A stretch of 32,000 nucleotides of DNA, taken from the NCBI GenBank assembly GCA_054661495.1, contig BAAFSQ010000019.1, positions 43,955-75,954 of the forward strand, written 5' to 3'. Below are positions 9,021-23,139 of this stretch, in pieces (the first letter of the stretch is position 1; each line of letters opens with the position of its first letter). Below the pieces are notes generated by a model, which was not told where the DNA came from, did not search any database, and worked only from the letters and a program-made list of their open reading frames with translations. Both the position numbers and the translations under genes were made by a program. Source of the DNA: Zygophlyctis sp. KS116. Its lineage: Eukaryota; Fungi; Chytridiomycota.

Positions 9021-12000
9021 ATGGCAACTATCGGCAGTCAGTCTGCTCTTCATCGCTCAAACCAAAACATTCATGATAATGATACAAAGAAAAAAGCTGC
9101 TTTGGCAGGTAACGCCGCCAAAGAAAAGCGTGGATTGTTGGATGTTAGACACAAGTATCTCTTGGAAAAATTTGCCACGTATCTTGATGAGAAACCATCT
9201 ACTCTTGAAAATGCATTCATTTTGGGTAATAAGCTAGAGACTGTAAATGAATTTTTCAGTGAAAATGGCTCAAAAAAAGTATTAATGTATTGGCAAGCTC
9301 CAACAAAGGTATTTAAGCTGATGTCTGATAATTAATAGGATGAAATAAAAGCTACTGGAAGTCAAGCAAAAACTCTCGTAGTGACTTTATCAGCAAAAGA
9401 AATGTTTACTGGAATGGGTTGTTTTTTTGTGAGAACGACTAATAAAGCATTAACGACTGCAAATATTTTTCAAGAAGTTTCTTTTGGACCTATCAATGCC
9501 AATATTTTGCCATCACTTACAGCCATGGTAAAAAATCTTATATTGCCAGCATTGAATGCACAAGAAAGCTGGGGTGTATTAACTAGAACTAAAGATGAAT
9601 CTGTTAAATCATTCATGGAAGTCTTGGAAAAATTTGTATCTGATTTACAAGTCGCCATGTTAAACTTGCAAGACAGTGTACAGCTAAACCCATGTAATAC
9701 AGATCTTGACGAGTACAAAAAACCTACTGATTACCTCAATGTCTCTCATAATCCAGAAGTTGTCTCGTCTCTGGAAGGTAAATTTTATTTGTTGACATAA
9801 GGATTGGTAACTGAATGGTGTAAACAAATCGAGCAAGTTCTTGCCGAAAGTGAACAGATGAGGAAAGAAGCTGATGATATTGGACCAAATGCAGAATTAG
9901 AACACTGGAAAGCTAGAATGGTTAAATTCAATAGCATAACAGATCAATTGAGAAGTCCTACCTGTAAAAAAGTAATTGGTATTCTCAATGCAATTAAGTC
10001 TCGCGTTTTAATGAAGACTTGGAAAGAATTGGATGACCGAGTAACGGATGCTGCCAATGAATCAAAGGTAAACATTTATAATTTTAATCTTTAGGACAAT
10101 GTTAAATATTTGTATACTCTTGAACGATTTTGTGAGCCTCTTTCAAGATCAGACCCTATTGGAATGATACCAGCGATTCCGGGATTAATCAATGCTATTA
10201 AGATGATATATAGGTATTTAGATTGTAAAATCTCATAAATAGCATTTCGCGCTACTACAATACAAGTGAGCGCATGACTTCTCTTTTTGTTAAAATCACG
10301 AATCAGATGATTACTAGCTGTAAAGAATATGTCTACAAGGTGAACCCAGATAACTTATTTTTTAGGATGGTGGCTCGTCTATCTGGGGATTGGATCGCCA
10401 TATCTTAATTAAAAAGCTTTTGGAATGTGTGAAGTTAAATGAGGCTTATCAAAGATGTTTTCATGATGTAAAGGTGTGTTTTTATCATTTTATGGAAGAA
10501 AAAATTACAAGAAACACCCCACGAGAAGCAGTTTGATTTCTCCGAGATGTATATATTTGGGAAGTTTGATGCTTTTTGTAAAAGAATACAAAAGGTGATC
10601 GATATGTTTAGCATCATTGATAAGTTTTCACTTTTGGAAACTTTAGGAGTTGAAGGCATGGATTCTATGAACAAAAAATTTAATACTATCTTGTCTGCTA
10701 TGCAGCGCAAGCCTTATGAAATTCTTGATCATAGAAAAATGGTATTTATTTAACAGTAAATGATAGGAGTATGATGCTGACTACAATAGCTTTAAGAAAC
10801 AGATTAGTGATTTAGAGGGAGTTATACAGCAATTTATCGACTCATCTTTTGATCACATTTCTAGTACTGAACAATCTTTAAATCTCTTGAAAAAGTTTAG
10901 CCAGATTAAGGATATGCAGCTCAATCTCGAGTCTAAATATCACGCTGTGTTTGTTCATTATACTCGAAGAGATTTAGAAGGGGTGCGTAAGCTTTATCAA
11001 AAATTTAAAGATTCTCCCTCCATCCCAAGAAATATCCCTCCTGTATCTGGTGCAATTGCTTGGGCAAGGCAGCTATATAGAAGAATTGAGGTTCCTATGA
11101 AAATCTTTAAATCAAATTCGATGGTATTGGAATCTCTCGAAGCCAAGAAGCATATTAGAAATTATAATAAACTTGCAAGGGCCCTTATAGAATTCGAGGT
11201 ATTTTTTGCTAATTTTATTTTAAGCTTCTATGGTATAAAGCGTGGTATTCAATAGTGGATGAGACCAAAACGGGACTCCAAGCTACCTTATTCGTTGCTG
11301 ACAATCATGGAAAAATATTCGTAAATTTCGATTTCAACATCATCCAGTTGATAAAAGAAACACGATATTTACAGCGGCTCGGATTTGAAATTCCTGAAGC
11401 TCTTACAAATATATGTCTAAAGGAAACATACTATAAAAGTTTGTTTTCATCCCTTTCCTCACTTTTATTGCTGAAAAAGGACCTTTACGGTGAGAGAAAT
11501 TTAACATTAATAATTTAGGGCGTGTGTCAACAATCATTCTTAAAGCAATGTCGAGTCATATATCAGAGCTTGATAAGACTCTTCAACCTGGACTAACGTC
11601 ACTGACATGGTATTTAATAATGGTTTTATTTTTAGGACCTCATTAAATCTGGAGAACTTTCTATCGGAAAATAATAAGCAGCTTTTACAGGTGCAAGAAG
11701 TTGTCGAAAAGGTCTTGGATATTTTTGAGTGCCGCATTGAAAATGGTGTCAAAAGAATAGCCGAAACTGCTCTTTGTGAGGTGCCGACAGAATCTGAACA
11801 ATGGCAAGTTGACGTTTTTTTGGACAAAATTGACAAAAGATGTCAGTTGGTTCTTCAAACTATTGCTACAAGAAGTAATCTTGTTGAATCGGCTGTCAGA
11901 GACGTCATTTCTATCCTATCTAAAAATGCAAATGTCATTGATAATCCGGATTTGAGGTTAAGCCACGAAGCCGTTTATTATTATGCCAATTCACTTAATT

Positions 12001-15000
12001 TGGAGGCTCTTGTTCAGTGCACCAAAGGATCACTAGACTTACTGCGAGCAAGACTTGGGACATATGCAAATGTCCAGTATGGTAAACAGCCTCTGCAGAA
12101 GGCTTCCTTTAAGACTGAAATATTGCTTTTGATACCTAACGTTGTTCTCCAACCTAAACTGGAAGACGTTCAAGCTGCGTTAAATAAGGCAGCTGTAATG
12201 ATTGTGGACGTCTCCAAGAAATTAAATCTGAACTGGAGAGTTTTTTTGGATTCTCCTGATGATGCTGCAATAGCCAATTCTCCTGAAGATACGTCACAGA
12301 TTGCAAACAACAAAGATGTCTTAAAAGTGATTTTGACTCTCAGCTCCGCTGTAAACTCAATTAAAAAAGATGTTGAAACTCACAAAGAACAATTTATGAA
12401 ATATGACTCTCTCTGGAAAGATGATAAGTCTGAAACAATTGCAGCCTTTCTGCAACAGAAACCCACAATACCAGATTTCGAGAATGAAATCAACAAATAT
12501 GAGTTTATTGAACGAGAAATCCATGAAATCCCCAATTCTACACAGATTGGTCTGTTAGTTATTTCAGCGGAGCCTTTGAAATTGGCTCTGATATCCGAAA
12601 CTAAAGAATGGAAGCAACAGTATGGAGCCAACTTGAATAGGAAAGTCAAAAAAGATATGGAGGAATTAATCGATCTTATGGAAAACAAGACTATACGTCT
12701 AAGTAGAAAGATCAATGATATTGATGATCTTCGAATGGCCGTTCAAACTCTGGGTGAAATTCGTGAAGCTGAAGTAGATATAGATATGAAGGTAGCGCCG
12801 ATTGAAGAAGCTTATATACTTCTGAACCGGCACAATGTTTCAGTCACAAGAGAAGAAACTGAAATGGTGGACTCACTTCGCTATAGCTGGAAAAAATTAA
12901 AAGGTTTAGTGATTGATACTCAAGCACATCTCCTCAAGATTCAACCTGTATTTAAGGGAGAGTTGGTTGCATCTGTACAAAAGTTTACTCAAGATGTCAA
13001 GGAGTTCTCATTCGAATACAATGAATCAGGCCCGATGCAAGCTGGAATTGCTCCAAAAAATGCTAGCGAACGACTTGTCGTTTTTCAAAGATCATTTGAC
13101 GAGCTCAATAGAAAGTGGGAGACATACTCTGCTGGTGAGGAGTTATTTAGTTTACCTGTTACGCCTTTCCCATCCCTTTTGAAAATTAAGAAAGAGTTAA
13201 AACTTTTGCAAAATCTCTACTCACTATATAATGATGTTCTTGAAAAAAGGGCAGGATATAATGAGACATTGTGGAGTGATGTGGATTTGGTCAAGATTGC
13301 TAATGATATGACTGATTTCCAAGCTAAAATAAAAAAATTACCCAAAGCTTTAAAAGATTGGGACGCTTTCAACGAACTCAAAGGAATAGTAGATAACCTT
13401 GCTGATATGGTTCCTCTTCTAGAAATGATGAGCCATAAAGCTATGCAGACTAGACATTGGGATTCAATTCAAAGCTTGACAAAAACTCAATTTAATTTAG
13501 ACCCAGAGATGTTCTATGTCAAAAACTTATTGGATGCCCCTCTCAATAATTTCCGAGAAGATATTGAAGACATTTGCACCGCCGCAGTAAAAGAAGCAGA
13601 TATTGAAGTTAAACTCAAAGCCGTGGTGACTGAATGGGAAGACAAAATCTTCACTCTTGGACAGTTTAAAACCAGAGGCAATTTGATATTGAAACCATCG
13701 TCAACTTCAGAAATTATCTCTCAAATGGAGGATAGTTTAATGACATTAGGTTCTCTACTGAGTAATCGGTATAACGCTCCATTCAAGCCCACAATTCAAA
13801 AATGGGTTCAGAATTTGAGTACTGCATCTGAAGTTATTGAAAACTGGCTTGGGGTTCAAAATTTATGGATTTATTTAGAGGCAGTATTTGTTGGAGGAGA
13901 TATAGCCAAGCAGATGCCAAAAGAGGCCAAAAGATTCAGTAATATAGACAAATCTTGGTGTAAGATTATGGGACTTGCAAATGAAAATCCTAATGTGATT
14001 CAATGTTGCGTCTTAGATGAAACTATTGCCGGTCTCTTACCTCTTTTGACTGAACAGCTGGAATTATGTCAAAAATCTCTGTCTGGTTATTTGGAATCTA
14101 AGAGAGCAATCTTTCCTAGGTTCTTTTTTGTTTCTGATCCAGCACTTTTGGAAATTCTCGGTCAGGCCAGTGATTCGCATACTATCCAAGCCCACTTACG
14201 CAGTGTCTTTGATAATGTGAACGCAGTTCAGTTTCATGATAAAGAGTATGACAAAATTTTGCGCCTAGAATCTGCAGAAGGAGAAAAAATATCACTGACC
14301 AAGCCTATGGTCGCCCAAGGAAATGTTGAGCTTTGGCTGGGCACCCTATTGAAATCGATGCAGCTTTCAGTGAACGATATTATACGCGAGGCAGCTTCCA
14401 GAGTGAATGATATGCAGACACAGAAATTTTTAGATGAATATCCAGCTCAGATTGGGCTTTTATGCTTACAAATACAGTGGACACAGCAATGTGAGGAAGC
14501 CCTTACTCTGGCCAAAACAGACAAGAAAAAGATGGCATCTGCAAATCAGAAGATTACTGAGATTTTAAATATTCTTATTGAACAAACTACCAAGGATCTT
14601 ACTAAAATGGATCGTGTTAAATATGAAACTTTTATTACAATTCAAGTTCATCATAAAGATGTTTTTGAGAAATTGCTAAAATCTCACGTTAAAGCAGTTG
14701 ATGATTTTGAATGGCTCAAGCAGGCTAGATTTTATTGGAATGAAACAAAAGACTGCTGTAAGGTTTCGATCACAAATTTCGATTTCATTTACCAATGCGA
14801 GTATTTAGGCTGCACAGATCGTTTGGTCATTACCCCCTTAACTGATAGATGCTACATAACTCTTGCTCAAGCTTTAGGTAATATTTCTAAAACTCATTTA
14901 AGGTATGTCTCTCGGTGGATCACCTGCAGGTCCTGCTGGAACTGGTAAAACTGAATCTGTTAAAGATTTGGGGAAAAATTTGGGTAAATGGGTAGTTGTG

Positions 15001-18000
15001 TTTAATTGTTCTGATCAGATGGATTATCGTGGACTGGGGAGAATATACAAAGGTCTTGCCCAAAGTGGGTGCTGGGGCTGCTTTGATGAATTCAATCGAA
15101 TAGAATTACCGGTCCTTTCTGTTGCAGCCCAGCAAATAGCATGCGTTTTCGCCGCTCGAAAAGAAAGAAAAACCTTATTTGTTTTTACAGATGGGGAGAC
15201 AGTAGATTTGAATCCTGAGGTTGGTCTTTTCATAACAATGAATCCTGGTTATGCAGGTCGTGTTGAACTTCCGGAAAATTTGAAGGTTCATTTTAGATAT
15301 GTAGCGATGATGGTCCCTGATAGACAGATCATTATCCGGGTAAAGCTTGCTGGATGTGGTTTCCTTAGCAACATTATACTAGCTAAAAAATTCTTTGTCC
15401 TTTATCGGCTATGCGAAGAACAACTTTCTAAACAAGTTCATTATGATTTTGGGCTGCGAAATATTTTGTCGGTTTTACGTACTTGCGGCTCTGTCAAGCG
15501 TTCTAATCCTCAAGACAGCGAAAACCAAATTCTGATGCGTGTATTGCGGGATATGAATCTTTCAAAACTGGTAGACGAGGATGAGGCATTATTCTTAAGT
15601 TTAGTCAATGATCTTTTCCCTGGAATGACGGCAGTTAAGGCAAGCTATCCAAACATAGAAGCAGCTATTGAACAGCAACTTACAGAATCTAATTTAATTG
15701 TTCATCCTCCTTGGGTCTTGAAAGTAATTCAGCTCTATGAGACCTATAGAGTACGTCATGGTATTATGGTCCTAGGTCCTACTGGTACAGGAAAAACGAA
15801 ATGTATCAATGCTTTGCTCAAGGCTCTAACCGCATGTGGTGAACCTCACAAAGAGCTTCGAATGAATCCAAAAGCTATTCTGGATTATCAAATGTTCGGT
15901 AAACTTGATGTTGCTACAAATGATTGGACAGATGGAATATTCTCTTCACTCTGGAGAAAAACACTGAAGAAAAAGGGAGAATATATTTGGATTGTATTAG
16001 ATGGGCCAGTAGATGCCGTTTGGATTGAAAATTTGAATTCTGTTCTAGACGATAACAAATGCTTAACATTAGCAAACGGTGATCGAATTTCCATGAGTCC
16101 TACATGTAAGCTGATTTTTGAAGTTCATAGCTTGCGAAATGCAAGTCCTGCAACAGTTTCACGCTGTGGTATGATTTATATTGGTGTCACAGCTCTAACA
16201 TGGGATGTCCTGCTTCAATCATGGTTTAAGACCCGTGCGCCCGCAGAAATATCTATTTTGGAGCCATTATTTAACTATTCATTCAACTCAGTGAACACTT
16301 TCTTTCAATTTGAATTGCATCCAAAAATGATTATTGCCCGAGTAAATTATTTGGTTAATACTACTATTTTGATCGCTGGACTGATTCCTAAATGTGAAGG
16401 CAATAAACTCCAAATATCCACAGATCACCTTTCCCGTGTATTTACGTTTGCTCTTTTCTGGGCATTTGGAGCGTTGCTTGAACTAGACGAAAGAAAACGG
16501 CTTCAAACATATATGCTCGAGAAACTGCCCGACTTACAATATCCTAATTTTGATTCCAATAGTTTGGATACATTTTATGAATATTTTGTTGATGATATTG
16601 GTAATTGGGCGCATTGGAAAAGTCGAGTTCCAGATTGGATTTATCCACAAGATTCTACTCCTGACTTTTCTAGTATCATAATTCCGATGGTCGATAATAT
16701 ACGGACAGAATATTTAATGAACGTAATTACTAAGCAAGGCAAACCGGTACTATTAATAGGTGAACCAGGAACGGCTAAAACAGTCACCAACAAAAAATAT
16801 ATTGCAAAATTAAACCCTGAAACGCACCTATCAAAACAGTTATCTTTCTCTTCAGCGACAACACCTGGGATTTTTCAGCGGACCATTGAAAGTTACGTTG
16901 ACAAGAGAATGGGATCCACTTATGGACCTCCAGCTGGTAAAAAGATGACCATTTTTATTGATGATATAAACATGCCCGAAATTAATACATGGCAAGATCA
17001 GATCACCGGGGAAATAGTCCGTCAGTTAATGGAACAACAAGGATTTTATTCATTAGATAGGCCTGGTGATTGGACCAGTATTGTCGATTTGTCATTTTTG
17101 GCAGCAATGATGCATCCTGGAGGAGGTAGAAACGACATACCGAGTCGTCTAAAGCGTCAATTTGTTGTCATAAACTGTACAATCCCGTCTGATACATCTG
17201 TCGATAAAATTTTTGGGACGATCCTTCAAGGGCATTTTTCGCAAAGTCGCGGTTTCTCAGAAGAAGTTATTTCGTTGGCCGAAAGGCTGGCGCCCATAAC
17301 TAGAAAGCTTTGGCAACAAACTAAAATAAAGATGCTTCCAACTCCTGCTAAATTTCATTATATATTCAATCTTCGCGATCTCAGCCGAATTGTTGAAGGG
17401 ATGTTGAATACAAAGGCAGAATGTATAACAAACAGTAAGATTATGATTCAGCTTTGGGAACATGAATGCTCTAGGGTACTGCCGGACCGGTTTGTTCATT
17501 CCGACGATGTCGACTGGTTTAGTAAAACTATGGTGAACTTAGTTCAAAAAGAGCTTGGTGACGAATTTTCACAGGCTGTGGCAACTAAAAGCTTCTTCGT
17601 TGATTTTCTTAGAGAACCTCCTGAAGTTGAAGATCCAGAGGTAGAAATTGATTTAGAAGCGATAAAAGTATATGAGAAAGTACCATCTTTTGAAGTACTT
17701 CGAGCTCGAATCTCAGATTATATGCGCCAATATAATGAATTTATTCGTGGATCGAAAATGGGTAATCTATACTTCGGTTTAATTCACAGATCTTGTACTT
17801 TTTGAAGATGCAATGAAGCATATCGTTAGGATATCTAGAATAATCAGAACTTCGCGTGGAAATGCTCTTTTAGTAGGTGTTGGAGGCTCTGGAAAGCAAT
17901 CTTTAACTAAGCTTGCTTCATTTATAGCGAAAGCGCAAGTATTTCAAATTGCTATTTCTAAAAATTATAATCAGACCAATCTTTTGGAGGACTTAAAAAA

Positions 18001-21000
18001 TCTTTACAAAATATCTGGGATACAAGGAAAGGCCATTTCTTTTATTTTTACAGATAATGAAGTAAAGGAAGAAGAATTTTTAGGATATATTAATAACATT
18101 CTTACTTCAGGGGAAATTACAAATCTTTTCCCAAAAGATGAAATAATTGCTATCAGCTCAGATCTTCGTGGAGCTTTGAAAAAGGCCAGACCGACTGTAA
18201 TAGACACCATAGAGAATCTTTGGCAGTTTTTCATAGATAGAGTCAAAGCAAATCTCCATGTTGTTCTTTGCTTCTCTCCTGTAGGTGAGAAGTTTAGAAA
18301 CCGTGCCTTAAAATTCCCTGGTCTTATATCAGGATGTACGATGGACTGGTTTACAAGATGGCCCAATGAAGCTTTGAGAGCTGTCGCAGAAAAGTATATG
18401 GGAGAAGTTGAAATAGCATGCACAGATCATGTTAAGAGAGAAGTTGTCAACCATATGGCTTTCGTTCATGATCTTGTGACAACTACATGTGATACATATT
18501 TTATGCAGTTTAGGCGTAGAACCTTCGTTACACCCAAGTCATATTTATCTTTCTTGAGCTCTTATAAAGCGCTTTACGTTAGCAAACGAACAGAAGTAGG
18601 CGGAATGTCTGATCGTATGAATATGGGATTATCTAAACTTGTTGAGGCTTCTGCGTCGGTTGCGGAGCTCCAAATTCAGTTAGTTGTGAAGGAGAAAGAA
18701 TTGGCAGTCGCTTCAAAGGCTGCAGACGCAGTGCTAGCCGATGTCACGTAATTTTTGATATTTTCTTAATTTTAGGATGAGCACAGCTGCAGCTGAAAAA
18801 GTTAAGGATTCTGTTTTGAAGGTTAAGACGAAGTCTGAAGCTATAGCTAACGCTATTAAAGCAGATAAAGAGTATGCTGAGTCACAGCTAGAAGCCGCAA
18901 AACCTGCATTAGCTGAAGCTGAAAATGCTCTAAATTCAATTCAGCCAGCGCATATTTCAACTGTACGTAAGTTGGCTAAGCCTCCGCATTTGATCATGCG
19001 AATTATGGATGGAGTAATGTTATTAATGAAAAAGAGGATTGATCCCACCACTCAAGATCCAGAAAAGCCTTGCGCTAAGCCGTCTTGGAGTGAGGCGATG
19101 AAGTTAATGTCCGCCTCTGATTTCTTGTCTGGTCTTTTAAACTTCGAGAAGGATGGAATAAATGCAGAAACTGTAGAATTACTTGAGACGCTTCTAGAAA
19201 TGCCAGATTTTACTTTGGAGGGAGCGAAGAAAGTTTCTGGGGATGTAGCTGGTTTGGCTTCTTGGGTTAGAGCAATGGCCATTTATTATGGAATCAATAA
19301 GAAAGTTGTCCCATTAAAAGCCAATCTTATTGTACAAGAATTTAAGCTTGGCATCGCTATGGGCGATTTGGCTAAAGCTCAAGCTGCCTTAGATGAAAAG
19401 CAGGCCGAACTTGACATTTTAACTGCGAAGTTCAACGCGGCCATCTCTACGAAGCAAGCTCTTCAAGCAGATGCAGATAGTTGTAAGAGAAAAATGACTG
19501 CTGCTACCGCCCTCATTTCAGGCCTCAAAGGAGAAAAAGATAGATGGACGATTCAAAGTAAAGAATTTGCAGTAAGAATTGGACAGCTTGTTGGTGATGT
19601 TATCCTTGCCGTAGCATTCTTGTCATATAGCGGTCCATTCAACCAAAGTTTTAGGCAGCAGCTCTTAGTTGAATGGAAGAAGGAGCTTGGAAAGCGTAAA
19701 ATACCACATTCTGAAGATATTGATATTATTGGACTATTGGTGGAAAGTACCACTGTTGGGGAGTGGAACATTCAAGGGTTGCCGACCGATGAGCTATCTA
19801 CTCAAAATGGTATTATTGTAGCGAAAGGCACACGATTCCCTCTCCTGATTGATCCTCAGACTCAAGCGAAAGTTTGGATAAAGAACAGAGAGGAGAAAAA
19901 CAAACTTGTTGTGACCAATTTGACACACAAATATTTTAGGCAGCATGTAGAGGATTGTGTAAGTCAAGGAAGGCCGCTTCTGATAGAAGACGTAGAAGAA
20001 ACTCTTGATCCAACTTTGGATAATATTTTAGAAAAGAACTTGATCAAGGCCGGTAGATCTTTTAAAGTCGTATTTGGGGATAAAGAAATTGATTGGTGCG
20101 ATGGCTTCTATGCATTTATTACTACCAAATTACCTAATCCCAATTATACTCCAGAAATTTATGCCAAGTGCTCTATTATTGACTTCACTGTTACCCATAA
20201 GGGTCTTGAGGAACAACTGCTGGGTCGGGTAATTATGAAAGAAAAGCAAGAGCTGGAAACTGAAAGGACCAAACTCCTGGAGGAAGTGAATTCAAATAAG
20301 CGGAAGATGAAGCAGCTGGAAGACAATCTTCTCGAAAGACTCACATCTACGAAGGGATCACTGGTTGATGATGAATCTTTAATTGAAGTCTTGGCGATAA
20401 CAAAATCCACCTCTGAAGAAGTAAATGAAAAGCTTGTTATTGCAGCTGAAACTCAGAAAAAAATATCTGTGGCAAGAGAAGAGTACAGGCCAGTTGCAAG
20501 CCGAGGGTCAACGATTTACTTTTTGATTGCTGAAATGAGTATGGTAAATGTGATGTATCAAACATCACTGAAACAGTTTTTAGGGATTTTTGATGAAAGT
20601 ATGGATAAAGGAGCTCCTTCTCCGATTCCAAGTAAAAGAATCCAGAATATTATTGAATACTGTACTTTCAGATCTTTCCAATATGCGGCACGAGGATTTT
20701 ATGAAACTCACAAAGTTCTTTTTGTTTTATTGTTAGCCTTAAAAATAGATATTGCTGCTGGAAAACTTACACACGAGGAGTTCAGATGCTTTATTAAGGG
20801 TGGTGCAGCTTTGGATATAAACGCTGTGGTCAAAAAACCTTTCAATTGGATAGCTGATATGACATGGTTGAATCTTGTGGCACTTTCCAAAATGCCTGGA
20901 TTTAATGATATCTTAAATCAGGTTGGAAAGAATGAAAAGGCTTGGAAAGCCTGGTATGAAAAAGACGCACCGGAAAATGATCTTCTTCCTGGGGGATATC

Positions 21001-23022
21001 AGACCTCTTTAGATATCTTTAAACGGCTGCTTTTGGTGAGGTCATGGTGTCTAGATAGGTCGATCATGATGGCTAAACAGTATATTGCATCTTCTCTCGG
21101 AACAAGATTCGCTGAATCTCAGGTTTTAGATTTGGATGTATTGCTGGGTGAATCAGACAGTCGTACCCCTATGGTTTGTCTCTTGTCACAAGGTTCAGAC
21201 CCTTCTGCAGATATCGAAAATCTGAGCAAAAAATATAAAATTGATTGCAAATCAATTTCCATGGGGCAAGGACAGGAAGTCCATGCGAGAAAACTCTTGA
21301 ACTTATTTATGGTTAGTGGAGGATGGGCCCTTCTTCAAAATTGTCATTTAGGACTGCCATTCATGGATGAATTACTTGGGATGATTCTTGAAACTGAAAA
21401 CATCAGCGATAAGTTTAGATTATGGATTACAACAGATGTTTCTCCTAAATTCCCGATTACTTTCCTTCAAACATCTATTAAGTTTACAAATGAACCGCCC
21501 CAGGGGTTGAAAGCAGGTTTGAAGCGTACGTACGCCTGGTTTACTCAAGATATGTTAGACATGTCTCCAAGACCGCAGTACAAGCCATTACTATATGGCC
21601 TTGCATTTTTACATTCTGTAGTTCAAGAAAGACGAAAGTTTGGACCTCTCGGCTGGAACATCCCTTACGAATTTAATCAGTCAGATTTAGCTGTTAGTGT
21701 TCAATTTGTACAAAATCATGTCGATGAATTAGCCCCGAAAGTGCCAATATCTTGGACTACTGCCCGATATATGTTCTGTGAAGTACATTATGGTGGTAGA
21801 GTAACTGATGATTTTGATAGGTAAATATTTTTAAGTTAAGTTCTTTAGGCGATTGATTATTACTTACGGCAAAGTCTGGTTTGGAGAACACATGTTTGCC
21901 GATAATTTTGCCTTTTTCAAGGGATACAATATTCCTCATCTAAAAACTATCGAAGAATTCCGCCAATCGATTGAAAGTTTACCTTTAGTTGATACACCAG
22001 ATGCTTTTGGCCTACATCCCAATGCAGATATTTCATGCCAGACAAAGGATTCTCAAAAAATGCTCGGTAAATTGGCTTTTATTAATTGTAGACACTATTA
22101 TGTCAATCCAACCTAAAGATAGTAATGCAGGCGGCGGAGAGACTCGAGAAGAGGCAGTAAAGCGTATGGCCGGTGAACTTCTTAGTAAACTGCCTGAAGA
22201 CTTTGATAAAAACAAAACAAAGGTCTGTATTCAGAAACAAGGAGCCTTAAAACCCTTAAGCATTTTCCTTGGACAGGAAATTGATCGAATGCAAGCGGTA
22301 ATATCTCTTGTAAGATCCACGTTAAATGACCTGAAACTTGCAATTGACGGCACAATTATAATGAGCTCAGGGCTACAAAATGCATTGGATGCTATGTATG
22401 ACGCTAAAGTCCCAGATACATGGGTAAGATTATATTTCTGAATCAAATAGGCAAAAATTTCTTGGTTAAGTGCCACTTTTGGTCTTTGGTTTTCTGAGAT
22501 GCTTGCAAGAATTGGTAATTGAAAATAATTTTAATAATAGCTCAATTCCAAACTTGGCTATATGAAGGACGACCTTTTGTCTTTTGGCTCAGTGGTTTTT
22601 TTAATCCACAAGGATTTTTGACTGCCATTCGTCAAGAGATTACGAGAGCGCATAACGGCTGGGCATTGGATAATGTTAAGCTTGCAAATGAAGTAATGAA
22701 ACAAATGAAAGAAGATATAAATGCTCCACCGTCCGAAGGTGTCTACATCCATGGACTTTTTATTGAAGGGGCAGCCTGGGACAGAAAAAATATTCGCTTG
22801 ACTGAATCACAACCGAAGATTATTTATCAACCGATGCCTGTGATCCATGTTAGTGCAACGAATTCTACAGATGATTCTGATCCTCGCCTATACAGATGCC
22901 CTGTATATAAGAGACCTCGAAGAACTGATTTGAATTACGTTTTTGATGTAGAGTTGAAAACAACTCAGAATCCAGACTATTGGATTTTGCGTGGAATAGC
23001 GCTATTGTGTTCTACCAGTTAA
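9021..23022 (+). CDS. Axonemal outer-arm dynein heavy chain, gamma/DNAH5-DNAH8 class, 4515 aa, 18 exons
   Basis: P-loops [32 protein letters not shown]; stalk and MTBD; C-terminus [10 protein letters not shown]. 17 introns: 9309-9338, 9778-9801, 10068-10094, 10214-10242, 10340-10365, 10474-10498, 10742-10766, 11199-11224, 11490-11518, 11610-11635, 14878-14902, 17762-17789, 18748-18775, 21821-21848, 22067-22091, 22424-22450, 22515-22540. They sum to 454 nt, leaving a 13548-nt CDS. Confidence 0.96.
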
Positions 23023-23139
23023 TATTATCAAGTATCATTTGCACTTTTGGAATTTTTCTTCTTAAAGAATAAGGAAATAAAACTCTGTTTTAACCAATGT
23101 TTATGTATTTATTATCATCAAGAAAAAATTCCGCATTTA

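Noticed and set aside
9470-22752. Numerous antisense and off-frame ORFs inside dynein (e.g. 12380-12715, 18004-18423)
   Set aside because: Shadow ORFs of a long coding strand, with no motifs or independent gene structure.
9021-23022. Fragmented dynein (and other) ORFs as pseudogenes, programmed frameshifts or an alternative genetic code
   Set aside because: Every break is resolved by a 24-33-nt GT-AG intron. Multi-kb exons are open in the standard code and TAA, TAG and TGA are not needed as sense codons.
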